Below, piece by piece: positions 1-8,341 of a stretch of DNA of 64,000 bases; positions within the stretch are counted from its first letter, which is position 1, and the number at the start of each line of letters is the position of its first letter. Location of the stretch: positions 18,120 to 82,119 of the forward strand of contig JAKURY010000009.1 in NCBI GenBank assembly GCA_022452145.1. The letters run 5' to 3'. The notes beneath the pieces are model-generated. The model did no database searches. It was not told where the DNA came from and saw only the letters and a program-made list of their open reading frames with translations. This DNA is from Acidimicrobiales bacterium (lineage in GTDB: Bacteria > Actinomycetota > Acidimicrobiia > Acidimicrobiales > MedAcidi-G1). The translations under genes were made by a program, and so were the position numbers.

Positions 1-401
1 GCCACATACTCGTCGACCCCGAGGTGGTCGGCCAGCGGGGCAACGATCTCCACCGGGGACGCCGACACGAGGACGAGGAGCCGACCCTCAGCACGATGGT
101 GGGCGAATAGGTCGAGTGCCTCGTCGTAGACGATCGGCTCGATCACCTCGGCCAGGTGGTCGCGGGCGAACCGTCGCAGGCCCTCCTGCTCCCAGCCGGC
201 CGCCAGGCGCAGCGCCGTACGGCGGGCACGGTCCATGGTGGCCTCGTCGGCGCCGAAGAAGCGGAAGAGCAGCTGGCCCCAGGCCGCCCGGAGCACCATG
301 GGCGCACTGAGGTAGCCGGCACGACGGAGGGCGGGCCCGTAGGCGGCCATGGAGGCACGGGCTATGACCGTCTTGTCGAGGTCAAAGAATGCTGCCTCCA
401 C
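1..401 (-). CDS. HAD-superfamily hydrolase (subfamily IB, SerB-like), 3' end cut by window edge
   Basis: Minus-strand frame absent from the ORF track because it runs off the edge. GTG at 401, then VEAAFFDLDKTVIARASMAAYGPALRRAGY...LLVLVSASPVEIVAPLADHLGVDEYV. HAD motif I (FFDLDKT) and high GC3. Confidence 0.7.
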   Translation of the reverse strand, partial: MEAAFFDLDKTVIARASMAAYGPALRRAGYLSAPMVLRAAWGQLLFRFFGADEATMDRARRTALRLAAGWEQEGLRRFARDHLAEVIEPIVYDEALDLFAHHRAEGRLLVLVSASPVEIVAPLADHLGVDEYV

Positions 402-793
402 CTGGCCGAGCCTAGGGCGGGCCGAGGTGGCCGACCGGTACGGGTGTCGGACCGCACCACCGTGCTCGTCCACCATGCCGCCCGGGAGGGGGCCCGGGTC
501 GCTGCCGTGGGCGGGTCGACCCGTCAGGTGGAGGACACGGTTGTGGGATCCAGCGGGCTCCGGCTTCCGGGCATCGACGTCGAGCGCGTGGTGGCGGGCG
601 AGGTGGTCACCGTGACCGTGCGGCACCTGGCCCGGACAGATGTGCCGCTCATCGGCATGCTGCTGCCGGACGTGGTGCTGTCGGCCACCGTCTCGATGCG
701 GCGCGAGCGCAGGGGCGGCTGGCAACGACGTCCGGGTGGTACGACGGTCGTCTACCGTTGGGATGGTCGTAACAGTCGGCGGCGGGAGATCAG

Positions 794-1141
794 GTGCAAC
801 TTGACGTCCACCGCTATCCACGCGACAACTGCGTGGTTCTGGTCGTCCTCGGCGACCTGGACCTTGCCGGCGCCCCACGGCTCCGGCAGTCGGTGGTGGC
901 CGAGACCGCCACCGGTACCCGCCACCTGGTGCTGGACCTGACGGCGGTCGACTTCATCGACTCCACCGGCCTGGGCGTGGTGGTCGGTTCCCTGAGACGC
1001 CTCAGGGCCCACGACGCAGAACTCTCGGTGGTCTGTCCCGAGCAGCGGATCCGTCGCGTCTTCGAGATGTGCGACCTCGACCGGGTGTTCACGCTCCATG
1101 CCACCGTCGCCGATGCCGTGGCCGATCGGGAGTCGGTGTGA
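794..1141 (+). CDS. Anti-sigma factor antagonist (STAS domain, SpoIIAA/RsbV-like)
   Basis: ORF 794..1141 with GTG start. VVLVVLGDLDLAGAPRL...LDLTAVDFIDSTGLGVVV, with the conserved Ser in DSTGLG. Confidence 0.85.
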   Translation: MQLDVHRYPRDNCVVLVVLGDLDLAGAPRLRQSVVAETATGTRHLVLDLTAVDFIDSTGLGVVVGSLRRLRAHDAELSVVCPEQRIRRVFEMCDLDRVFTLHATVADAVADRESV

Positions 1142-1584
1142 AAGGCGGCACCAGCCCGAAGGGGGCTGTCGAGCTTCTCGTGCCCCCACGGTCCGAGTAC
1201 CTGCAGCTGGTACGGGCGATCGTCGGGGCGACCGCCGCCCTGGAGGACGGCCTGCACTCCGGTCGGGTCGCTGACCTCCGCCTGGTCGCGTCCGAGGCGG
1301 TCGCGAATGCCATCGTGGCCCAGGGATCGATTCTCGCCGCAGATCCGATCCTCGTGCGGTGCGAGTTGGCCGGTGACCGGATCGTCGTGGAGGTCACCGA
1401 CCATGGCCCGGGATTCGACCTGACCGCCGTCCCCGAACTCCCGGAGGTCGAGACACCGGAGCGCCTCCGCCACGAGTCGGGTCTTGGGGTGTCGCTCATG
1501 CATCGGCTCTCCGACACCGCCGAGGTGGAGAGTGGGCCCGGGGGCACGCTGGTGAGGCTCGTGATCGCCGTCGGGAACGCCTGA
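1138..1584 (+). CDS. Anti-sigma factor serine kinase (RsbW/SpoIIAB-like HATPase_c)
   Basis: In-frame GTG at 1138 overlaps the STAS stop (GTGA). N-box ASEAVANAI, G-boxes VTDHGPGF and GLGVSLM. The track ORF 1069..1584 is an upstream extension. Confidence 0.8.
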   Translation: MKGGTSPKGAVELLVPPRSEYLQLVRAIVGATAALEDGLHSGRVADLRLVASEAVANAIVAQGSILAADPILVRCELAGDRIVVEVTDHGPGFDLTAVPELPEVETPERLRHESGLGVSLMHRLSDTAEVESGPGGTLVRLVIAVGNA

Positions 1585-1633
1585 GACCAGCCACCGTCGG
1601 ACGGTTCCGGGTGGTCGCCCGTACTGTCATCCG

Positions 1634-3079
1634 GTGGCATGGGGTGGGGCGACCACTACGGTTTCCCCCGGCCGAACCCACCAGTGGACGGGACCGATGG
1701 CAGGCAGGCAACCGACGACAGACCTCACGTGGCTGGGCAGCAACCGGCCCCTGGCACGCGCCATCGGCCGGCCCATGGTGCGCTTCCTCGACATTGAGGC
1801 GTCTGGTGGAATCCTGCTGATGGTGGCCACCTTGGTGGCGCTGGTGTGGGCCAACTCGCCCTGGTCGGGGTCCTACTACGACTTCTGGCACACCGAGGTC
1901 CACCTGGCGTTCGGCGACGTGGTGTCACTCGACCAGGACGGGCACTCGCTCACCCTGGTGGGGTTCGTGAACGACGTCCTGATGGCCGTCTTCTTCTTCG
2001 TGGTTGGCCTCGAGATCAAGAGGGAGATGGTCACCGGCGAACTCCGGCGACCACGGGCCGCCATGCTCCCGATCGCCGCGGCCCTCGGCGGCATGGTGGT
2101 ACCCGCCCTAATCTTCCTGGCGTTCAACCGATCGGGTGCGGCCTCGACCGGCTGGGGAATCCCGATGGCCACCGACATCGCCTTCGCCGTGGGCGTGGTC
2201 TCGCTGCTGGGTCGGCGGGTGCCGACCTCGCTCAAGGTCTTCCTCCTGAGCCTGGCTATCGTCGATGACATCGGCGCCATCCTGGTGATCGCCGTCTTCT
2301 ACACCTCTGACCTCGCCATGGACTGGCTGTTCCTGGGTGTGGCGACCACGGTGGCCGTGGCGACGCTGACCCGGTTGAAGGTCTGGTACACCCCCTTCTA
2401 CATCCTGCTCGGATCGGTTCTCTGGTACGCCATGTTCAGGTCGGGGGTCCACACAACCATCGCCGGCGTGGCCATGGGCCTCCTGGCTCCGGCGAGGCCC
2501 CTGCTGGACAGGGCCGTGATGCCGCCGATCGAATTTGACCAGTTGGATGCCGAGGACCTGCGGGAGGCGAAGTTCCGCCTCAACGAGTCGGTCTCGGTGG
2601 CCTCCCGCCTGGAGCACCGGCTCCATCCCGTGACCGGTTTCGTGATCATCCCGGTGTTCGCCCTGGCCAACGCGGGAGTCGACATCAGCTGGGAGTCGCT
2701 CTCCAATGCCATGACCTCGGGCATCACCCTGGGCGTCGCCTTCGGCCTGGTGGTCGGCAAGGTCGTCGGAGTGTCGTCCTTCAGCTTTCTGGCGCTGCGC
2801 CTCGGCCTGGCCGTCTTACCGGCCGGGACGACCCGTCGGCACCTCGTCGGCATCTCGGCCATCGCCGGCATCGGGTTCACCGTCTCGCTGTTCGTCACCG
2901 GCCTGGCCTTCGATGCCGTCGCCCTCCAGAACGAGGCAAAGGTGGGCATCCTGGGAGCCTCCATTGTGGCGGCGGTGGTCGGCGTGATGATCCTTCTGGG
3001 AGCCCGGCCCGTGGTCGCCGAGGGCGACGGTGGGGGCACGGCGACGGTCGACGCAACCGGTCAGGAGCCGCTGGCATGA
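1634..3079 (+). CDS. nhaA: Na+/H+ antiporter NhaA
   Basis: LMAVFFFVVGLEIKRE and GWGIPMATDIAFAVGV signatures with about 11-12 TM segments. Start uncertain (GTG 1634 or in-frame ATG 1697). Stop overlaps the topA ATG (ATGA at 3076-3079). Confidence 0.9.
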   Translation: MAWGGATTTVSPGRTHQWTGPMAGRQPTTDLTWLGSNRPLARAIGRPMVRFLDIEASGGILLMVATLVALVWANSPWSGSYYDFWHTEVHLAFGDVVSLDQDGHSLTLVGFVNDVLMAVFFFVVGLEIKREMVTGELRRPRAAMLPIAAALGGMVVPALIFLAFNRSGAASTGWGIPMATDIAFAVGVVSLLGRRVPTSLKVFLLSLAIVDDIGAILVIAVFYTSDLAMDWLFLGVATTVAVATLTRLKVWYTPFYILLGSVLWYAMFRSGVHTTIAGVAMGLLAPARPLLDRAVMPPIEFDQLDAEDLREAKFRLNESVSVASRLEHRLHPVTGFVIIPVFALANAGVDISWESLSNAMTSGITLGVAFGLVVGKVVGVSSFSFLALRLGLAVLPAGTTRRHLVGISAIAGIGFTVSLFVTGLAFDAVALQNEAKVGILGASIVAAVVGVMILLGARPVVAEGDGGGTATVDATGQEPLA

Positions 3080-6000
3080 CCAGGGCCCTCGTCATCGTCG
3101 AGTCTCCTGCCAAGGCCAAGACCATCGCCGGCTATCTGGGCGACGGATTCGTCGTGGAGTCATCGATCGGCCACGTCCGCGACCTCCCCCAGCGGGCCTC
3201 CGATGTACCCGAGGGCCAGCGGGGCGCTCCGTGGGCCAAGTTGGGCATCGACATCGACAACGGCTTCGCGCCGTACTACGTGGTGAACAGCGACAAGAAG
3301 GAGCAGATCGCCCGGCTGCGCCGCCTCCTGAAGGAGGCCGACGAGCTGTACCTGGCCACGGATGAGGACCGGGAGGGGGAGGCCATCGCCTGGCACCTGC
3401 TGGAGCTCCTGAAGCCGACGGTGCCGGTGAAGAGGATGGTCTTCCACGAGATCACCCTGACGGCCATCACCGAGGCCCTCTCCCACACCCGTGAGGTGGA
3501 CCGCAACCTCGTTGACGCCCAGGAGACCCGACGGATTCTCGACCGGCTCTACGGTTACGAACTGTCCCCGGTCCTGTGGCGCATGATCGGCAAGGGCCTG
3601 TCAGCCGGTCGGGTGCAGAGCGTGGCCACCCGGATCGTGGTGGAGCGGGAGCGGGAGCGGATGGCGTTCCTGGCTGCCGGCTACTGGGACCTGACGGCGA
3701 CGGTCACGACCGCTGACGCCGGGTCGTTCACCACCCGTCTTGTCGCCGTCGACGGCACGCGGGTGGCGTCGGGTCGGGACTTCGGCGATGACGGCCGACC
3801 CACCCGCGACGACATGCTGGTGCTGGACGAGGCCGCGGCGGGCGCTCTCACCGCCGGCCTGGTCGGGCGCCGTCTGACGGTGGCGGGGGTCGAGCCGAAG
3901 CCCTATCGACGACGGCCTGCCGCACCCTTCACCACCTCGACCTTCCAGCAGGAGGCGGGCCGCAAATTGCGGATGTCGTCCTCGCTGGCCATGCACGCCG
4001 CCCAGGGTCTCTACCAGAAGGGCTATATCACCTACATGCGGACCGACAGCACCACGCTGTCGGACACGGCCGTGTCAGCCGCCCGGGCCGTGGCCCGTGA
4101 ACGGTTCGGTGCCGACCACCTCCCGGACACCCCACGGACGTATGCCAACAAGGTGCGCAACGCCCAGGAGGCCCACGAGGCGATCCGGCCGGCCGGCGAC
4201 CGGTTCCGCCATCCTGACGATGTGGCCGGCGAGGTGCCGACCAGCGAGGCCCGGGTCTACGAGATGATCTGGCAGCGCACCGTGGCATCCCAGATGACCG
4301 ACGTCGTGGGAGAGACGGTCCGGGTCACCCTCGCCGGTCCGGTGGGCCCAGAGGGTGCCGGCGTCGGGGGGGCGGTCACCTTTTCGGCCAGCGGCACGGT
4401 GATCAGCCATCACGGGTTCCGCCGGGTCTACCGGGAGGACGTCGACGATCCGGAGGAGGGCGACGACGAGAGGGTGCTTCCGGCGCTACAGGTGGGGGCG
4501 ACGGTCGACGTGGCCGAGGTGCTACCGGACGGCCACACGACCCAGCCGCCGGCCCGCTTCACCGAGGCCTCGCTGGTCAAGCGGATGGAGGAGTTCGGGG
4601 TGGGTCGGCCATCGACGTACGCCTCGATCATGGAGACCATCCAGCGCAACTACGTCTTCAAGAAGGGCTCGGCGCTCGTGCCGACGCTCAGTGCCTTCGC
4701 CGTGACCACCCTGCTCGAGCTCCACTTCCCCCGACTCGTGGACTACGACTTCACCGCCGCCATGGAGGAGGACCTCGACCAGATAGCCAACGGCCGAGCG
4801 GAGCGCGTGCCGTGGCTCGAAGCCTTCTACTTCGGGTCCGAGGACGACATCGGCCTGCATGCCAAGGTCACGACCCGGCTGGGCGACATCGACCCCCGCG
4901 GGGTCAGCACGGTAGAGCTCGGTGTCACGGACGACGGTGAGCTCGTGGTGGCCCGTTTCGGAAAGTTCGGACCGTACGTACAGGTGGGGGAGGACACCGC
5001 CTCGATCCCTGATGACGTGCCGCTCGACGAGCTGTCGGTCGCCCGGGCCCTCGGGTACCTGGACGCGCCGACCGATCGGGAGTTGGGGACCGACCCGGAG
5101 ACCGGCCTGGTGGTCATAGCCCGCTCGGGTCGGTTCGGGCCCTACGTGTCGCTGGGCAGGCTCCCCGACCGTCCGAAGCCCGGGTCCCCCGAGGGTCGGC
5201 TCATGTTGGTCCCGCGGAACCGCAGGGAGGTCAAGGTGGCGCTGGCGTACCTCCGCCTGGCGGCCGGGCGACTCGACTGGGCGGCAGCGAAGCAGGTGTT
5301 GAATGTCCCCAAGCGGGGAATCGGCAAGGGGGCCGTCGAACGTCTGGCCGTCGCGGTGGAGGACGGGGCGGCGCCTCTGGACGCCCTTCGCCGGGCCGAC
5401 GAGCTCGGGATCACCGGAAGGCCGTTGGCCGGCGTGCGGGCCTTCGTGGAGTTGGCCGACGACCTGGCGGTCGGGTCGGACGTCGCGCCCGACGAGGTGC
5501 TTCGTGGAGCGTTGCTGGCGTCGGGATTCCTGGCCGAGGTTCGCGACGGTGAGGGCTCCGACGCCCGACTGGCCAACCTGGACGTGCTGTTCGAGGCGGC
5601 CGGGAGCTTCGCCGACGCAGATGCGCTTCTGGACGAGCTGGATCGGCAGGCCGACGCCGACGAGGCGCCCCGCCCGAGGACGGCCTCGCTCTTCCAGACG
5701 ATGACCCTGGAGCGGATCACCTTCGAGGATGCCATGCAGCTCCTCAGCCTTCCGCGGGTGGTCGGGGTGGATCCGACCGACGGCATGGAGATAACAGTGC
5801 AGAACGGGCGCTTCGGGCCGTACCTCAGGAAGGGCTCCGACAGCCGCAGCCTGGAGTCCGAGGAGCAGCTGCTCACCATCACCCTCGACGGCTGCCTGGC
5901 CGTCCTGGCCCAGCCCAAGCGTCGTGGCAGGACGGTGGCGAGGCCACCGCTCCGGGAACTTGGGGTGGATCCGGCATCGGGCCGCACGATGATCCTCAAG

Positions 6001-6147
6001 GACGGCAACTGGGGTCCGTACGTGACCGACGGTGAACACAACGCGTCCTTGAAGCGGGGGGACTCGGTCGAGGAGCTAACCGACGAGCGAGCCGCCGAGT
6101 TGCTGGCCGAGCGGCGGATGAAGGGGCCAGCCCGGAAGCGTCGGTAA
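3076..6147 (+). CDS. topA: DNA topoisomerase I (type IA) with an unusual insertion in the C-terminal repeat region
   Basis: Toprim IVESPAKAKT and DEDREGE, active-site Tyr in GYITYMRTDS, and four C-terminal GxFGPYV/WGPYV repeats. Length 1023 aa. Confidence 0.95.
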   Translation: MTRALVIVESPAKAKTIAGYLGDGFVVESSIGHVRDLPQRASDVPEGQRGAPWAKLGIDIDNGFAPYYVVNSDKKEQIARLRRLLKEADELYLATDEDREGEAIAWHLLELLKPTVPVKRMVFHEITLTAITEALSHTREVDRNLVDAQETRRILDRLYGYELSPVLWRMIGKGLSAGRVQSVATRIVVERERERMAFLAAGYWDLTATVTTADAGSFTTRLVAVDGTRVASGRDFGDDGRPTRDDMLVLDEAAAGALTAGLVGRRLTVAGVEPKPYRRRPAAPFTTSTFQQEAGRKLRMSSSLAMHAAQGLYQKGYITYMRTDSTTLSDTAVSAARAVARERFGADHLPDTPRTYANKVRNAQEAHEAIRPAGDRFRHPDDVAGEVPTSEARVYEMIWQRTVASQMTDVVGETVRVTLAGPVGPEGAGVGGAVTFSASGTVISHHGFRRVYREDVDDPEEGDDERVLPALQVGATVDVAEVLPDGHTTQPPARFTEASLVKRMEEFGVGRPSTYASIMETIQRNYVFKKGSALVPTLSAFAVTTLLELHFPRLVDYDFTAAMEEDLDQIANGRAERVPWLEAFYFGSEDDIGLHAKVTTRLGDIDPRGVSTVELGVTDDGELVVARFGKFGPYVQVGEDTASIPDDVPLDELSVARALGYLDAPTDRELGTDPETGLVVIARSGRFGPYVSLGRLPDRPKPGSPEGRLMLVPRNRREVKVALAYLRLAAGRLDWAAAKQVLNVPKRGIGKGAVERLAVAVEDGAAPLDALRRADELGITGRPLAGVRAFVELADDLAVGSDVAPDEVLRGALLASGFLAEVRDGEGSDARLANLDVLFEAAGSFADADALLDELDRQADADEAPRPRTASLFQTMTLERITFEDAMQLLSLPRVVGVDPTDGMEITVQNGRFGPYLRKGSDSRSLESEEQLLTITLDGCLAVLAQPKRRGRTVARPPLRELGVDPASGRTMILKDGNWGPYVTDGEHNASLKRGDSVEELTDERAAELLAERRMKGPARKRR

Positions 6148-6151
6148 TTTT

Positions 6152-6225
6152 TGGGGGTGGTGCCCTTGGTGGGGGTGGTGCCCTTGGTGGGGGTGGCGGG
6201 TGCCGCCATCGGGGCGGGTGCCGCC
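6152..6225. repeat. Degenerate 18-bp tandem array (about 4 units), G-rich
   Basis: tgggggtggtgcccttgg at 6152-6169 and identical at 6170-6187. Diverged units follow, with ggcgggtgccgcc at 6195-6207 and 6213-6225 (18-nt period). Lies between the topA stop and the MFS start. Confidence 0.9.
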
Positions 6226-6243
6226 CTCCCGTAGAGTGGCGGG

Positions 6244-7707
6244 GTGAGCGGATCGACCGGACGAGACTCGGCCGACAGTCGGGAGGATCCGGTTCCCGGC
6301 GACGAGTTCACGCCGTTCCGGATCCTCGGACGTCCCTCGGTTCTGCGGTCCCGGCTGTTCAGCACCCCGGCCTTCTACCGCCTCTGGCTGGCCCAGGTGG
6401 TCTCGGCCACCGGTGACTGGTTGGGCCTGCTGGCCATCTCCATCCTCGCCATCCGGCTCGGCTCCGGGAACGAGGGTGCCGCCCTGAGCCTGGTGCTGGC
6501 CGCCCGAATCGTGCCCGGCTTCTTCTTCGGGCCGGTGGCAGGCGTGTTCGTGGACCGATGGGACCGCAAGAAGACGATGGTGACCTGCGACATGGGCAGG
6601 GCCATGGTCATGCTGGCCCTCCCGTTCGTCGACACCCTGTTCGGGCTGTTCCTCGCCTCGCTGCTCCTGGAGGCGTTCACCATGCTGTGGGGCCCGGCAA
6701 AGGAGGCATCGGTGCCACACGTGGTCCCCGTCGAGTCGCTGGCCTCCGCCAACTCGTTGTCGTTGGTAGCCGCCTACGGGACCTTCCCGCTGGGTGCCGG
6801 GCTGATGGCCCTCTTCGGACGGTTGTCGACGGCCCTGTTCGACTCGTCGTGGGCCGACAACGTGCGCCTCGACGACATGGGGCTGGCGTTCTACGCAAAC
6901 GCCCTGTCATTCCTCGTGACCGGCTACCTGATCTTCACCCTCGACCTCCCGAAGCGCCCCAGGGTCGAACGTGACCTGGCGAAGGGCCGCCGGGCCGTCC
7001 TGGCCCACCCGATCGATGAACTGCGCGAGGGCTGGCGCTTCGTCTTCGTCAACCCGGTGGTGCGCACCGTCAACATGGGCATGGCCACCGGGCTCATCGG
7101 AGGCGGCATGCTGGTTCCCCTGGGCGCTATCTATGCCGACGAGGTGCTGGGTGCGGGCAGGTCGGGTCTCGGGGTGCTGATCACCGCCCTGGGGCTCGGA
7201 GTGGCGGGCGGCGTGGCGCTCGTCTCGTGGCTCCAGCGACGGCTCGACAAGGCGCGGACGTTCACCTGGTCGTTGGTGGGTGCCGGTGTGTTCCTGGCCC
7301 TGGCCGCGTCCATTAGCCAGGTCCACCTCTCCACGACGATGGTGTTCGGCATCGGGATCTGTGCCGGGTCGGTCTACGTGCTCGGCTTCACCCTGCTCCA
7401 CGAGAACGTCGACGACCAGTTGCGGGGCCGGATCTTCTCCACGTTCTACGTGCTGGTCCGGGCCTGCGTCCTGCTGGCCCTGGTGGTCGGACCCCTGATG
7501 GAGGACCTGCTGGACCGGCTTTCCAGCGCGCTGTGGGATCGTCACGTGGAGGTGTTCGGGGTGGCGGTGGACGTGCCGGGGGTGCGTCTCACGCTGTGGT
7601 TGGCATCCCTGATCATCCTTGCCTCCGGGGCGGTGGCCATCGCCTCGCTGCGGGCCGGTGAGCTCGGCTACCGATCGTCTGACCCGGACCGGGAGCAGGC
7701 GCCGTGA
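6244..7707 (+). CDS. MFS transporter
   Basis: 487-aa ORF with about 12 TM segments. FYRLWLAQVVSATGDWLGLLA...FGPVAGVFVDRWDRKK is typical of MFS (EntS/DUF894-like). Confidence 0.8.
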   Translation: MSGSTGRDSADSREDPVPGDEFTPFRILGRPSVLRSRLFSTPAFYRLWLAQVVSATGDWLGLLAISILAIRLGSGNEGAALSLVLAARIVPGFFFGPVAGVFVDRWDRKKTMVTCDMGRAMVMLALPFVDTLFGLFLASLLLEAFTMLWGPAKEASVPHVVPVESLASANSLSLVAAYGTFPLGAGLMALFGRLSTALFDSSWADNVRLDDMGLAFYANALSFLVTGYLIFTLDLPKRPRVERDLAKGRRAVLAHPIDELREGWRFVFVNPVVRTVNMGMATGLIGGGMLVPLGAIYADEVLGAGRSGLGVLITALGLGVAGGVALVSWLQRRLDKARTFTWSLVGAGVFLALAASISQVHLSTTMVFGIGICAGSVYVLGFTLLHENVDDQLRGRIFSTFYVLVRACVLLALVVGPLMEDLLDRLSSALWDRHVEVFGVAVDVPGVRLTLWLASLIILASGAVAIASLRAGELGYRSSDPDREQAP

Positions 7708-8303
7708 CCGGACGCTTCATCGCCGTGGAGGGAGCAGACGGCACGGGCAAGAGCACGCAGGCCCGGTTGCTGGCAGAGCGGCTGGGGGCGGTGTTCACCC
7801 GGGAGCCGGGCGGGACGCCGCTCGGGGAGCGTATCCGGGCCCTAGTCCTGGACCCTTCCGGAGATTCTCCGGTGGACCGGGCCGAGGCCCTGCTGATGGC
7901 CGCAGCGAGGGCCCAGCACGTGGCCGAGGTGGTGGGACCGGCGCTGGCCGCCGGCCGGGACGTGGTGTCTGACCGGTACGTGGCGTCATCGGTCGCCTAT
8001 CAGGGCTACGGCCGCGGGCTGGGAGCCGAGGCGGTCGCCGAGGTGAACCGCTTCGCCACCGACGACCTGCAGCCCGACCTGGTCGTCCTGATCCTGGTGG
8101 ACGCACCGGTGGCGGGTCGACGCCTGGGCGATGACCTGGACCGGATCGAGCAGGCCGGCGATGGCCTCCAGGCAACGGTGGTGGCCGCCTATCGGGAGAT
8201 GGCCGCCGCCGATCCCGACAGGTGGCTCGTAGTGGACGGCAACGGCCCTGTAGACGAGGTGGCCGCCAGGGTGGCCGCCGCCGTCGAGGAGCGATTGGGA
8301 TGA
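7704..8303 (+). CDS. tmk: dTMP (thymidylate) kinase
   Basis: FIAVEGADGTGKSTQ P-loop and TREPGGTPLGERIR. GTG start overlaps the MFS stop (GTGA). Confidence 0.92.
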   Translation: MTGRFIAVEGADGTGKSTQARLLAERLGAVFTREPGGTPLGERIRALVLDPSGDSPVDRAEALLMAAARAQHVAEVVGPALAAGRDVVSDRYVASSVAYQGYGRGLGAEAVAEVNRFATDDLQPDLVVLILVDAPVAGRRLGDDLDRIEQAGDGLQATVVAAYREMAAADPDRWLVVDGNGPVDEVAARVAAAVEERLG

Positions 8304-8341
8304 CGGGTCCACGGTGACTGGCTCCCGATGACCGGTCCCCG

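Noticed and set aside
430-735. Plus-strand frame-3 translation (...GIDVERVVAGEVVTVTVRHLARTDVPLIGMLLPDVVLSATVSMRRE) vaguely resembles the C-terminus of TadE-like pilus proteins, with good GC3.
   Set aside because: There is no N-terminal TM or prepilin-like segment. There is no stop until 941, which would overlap the well-supported STAS gene by about 150 nt. It could be a gene remnant, but I cannot support a call. BLASTX would settle it.
6152-6225. A CRISPR array or G-quadruplex interpretation of the 18-bp tandem repeats, and likewise of the repeats at 41645-41732.
   Set aside because: The units are contiguous with no unique spacers and there are no cas genes, so this is not CRISPR. The G-tracts are separated by about 13-nt loops, which is long for a stable G4, so I only list it as a repeat.
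4522-6365. Long minus-strand ORFs (505 aa and 407 aa) antisense to topA. Similar cases lie antisense to other genes: 25000..26847 and 26142..26843 to the ABC genes, 18857..20449 to sucCD, 10706..12159 to the Mo-enzyme gene, 54425..56095 to moaE/mreB, and 35480..36634 to sdhB.
   Set aside because: These are typical high-GC shadow frames. The translations are R/P/G/H-rich and of low complexity, with no motifs. Each fully overlaps a gene with unambiguous family signatures on the other strand.
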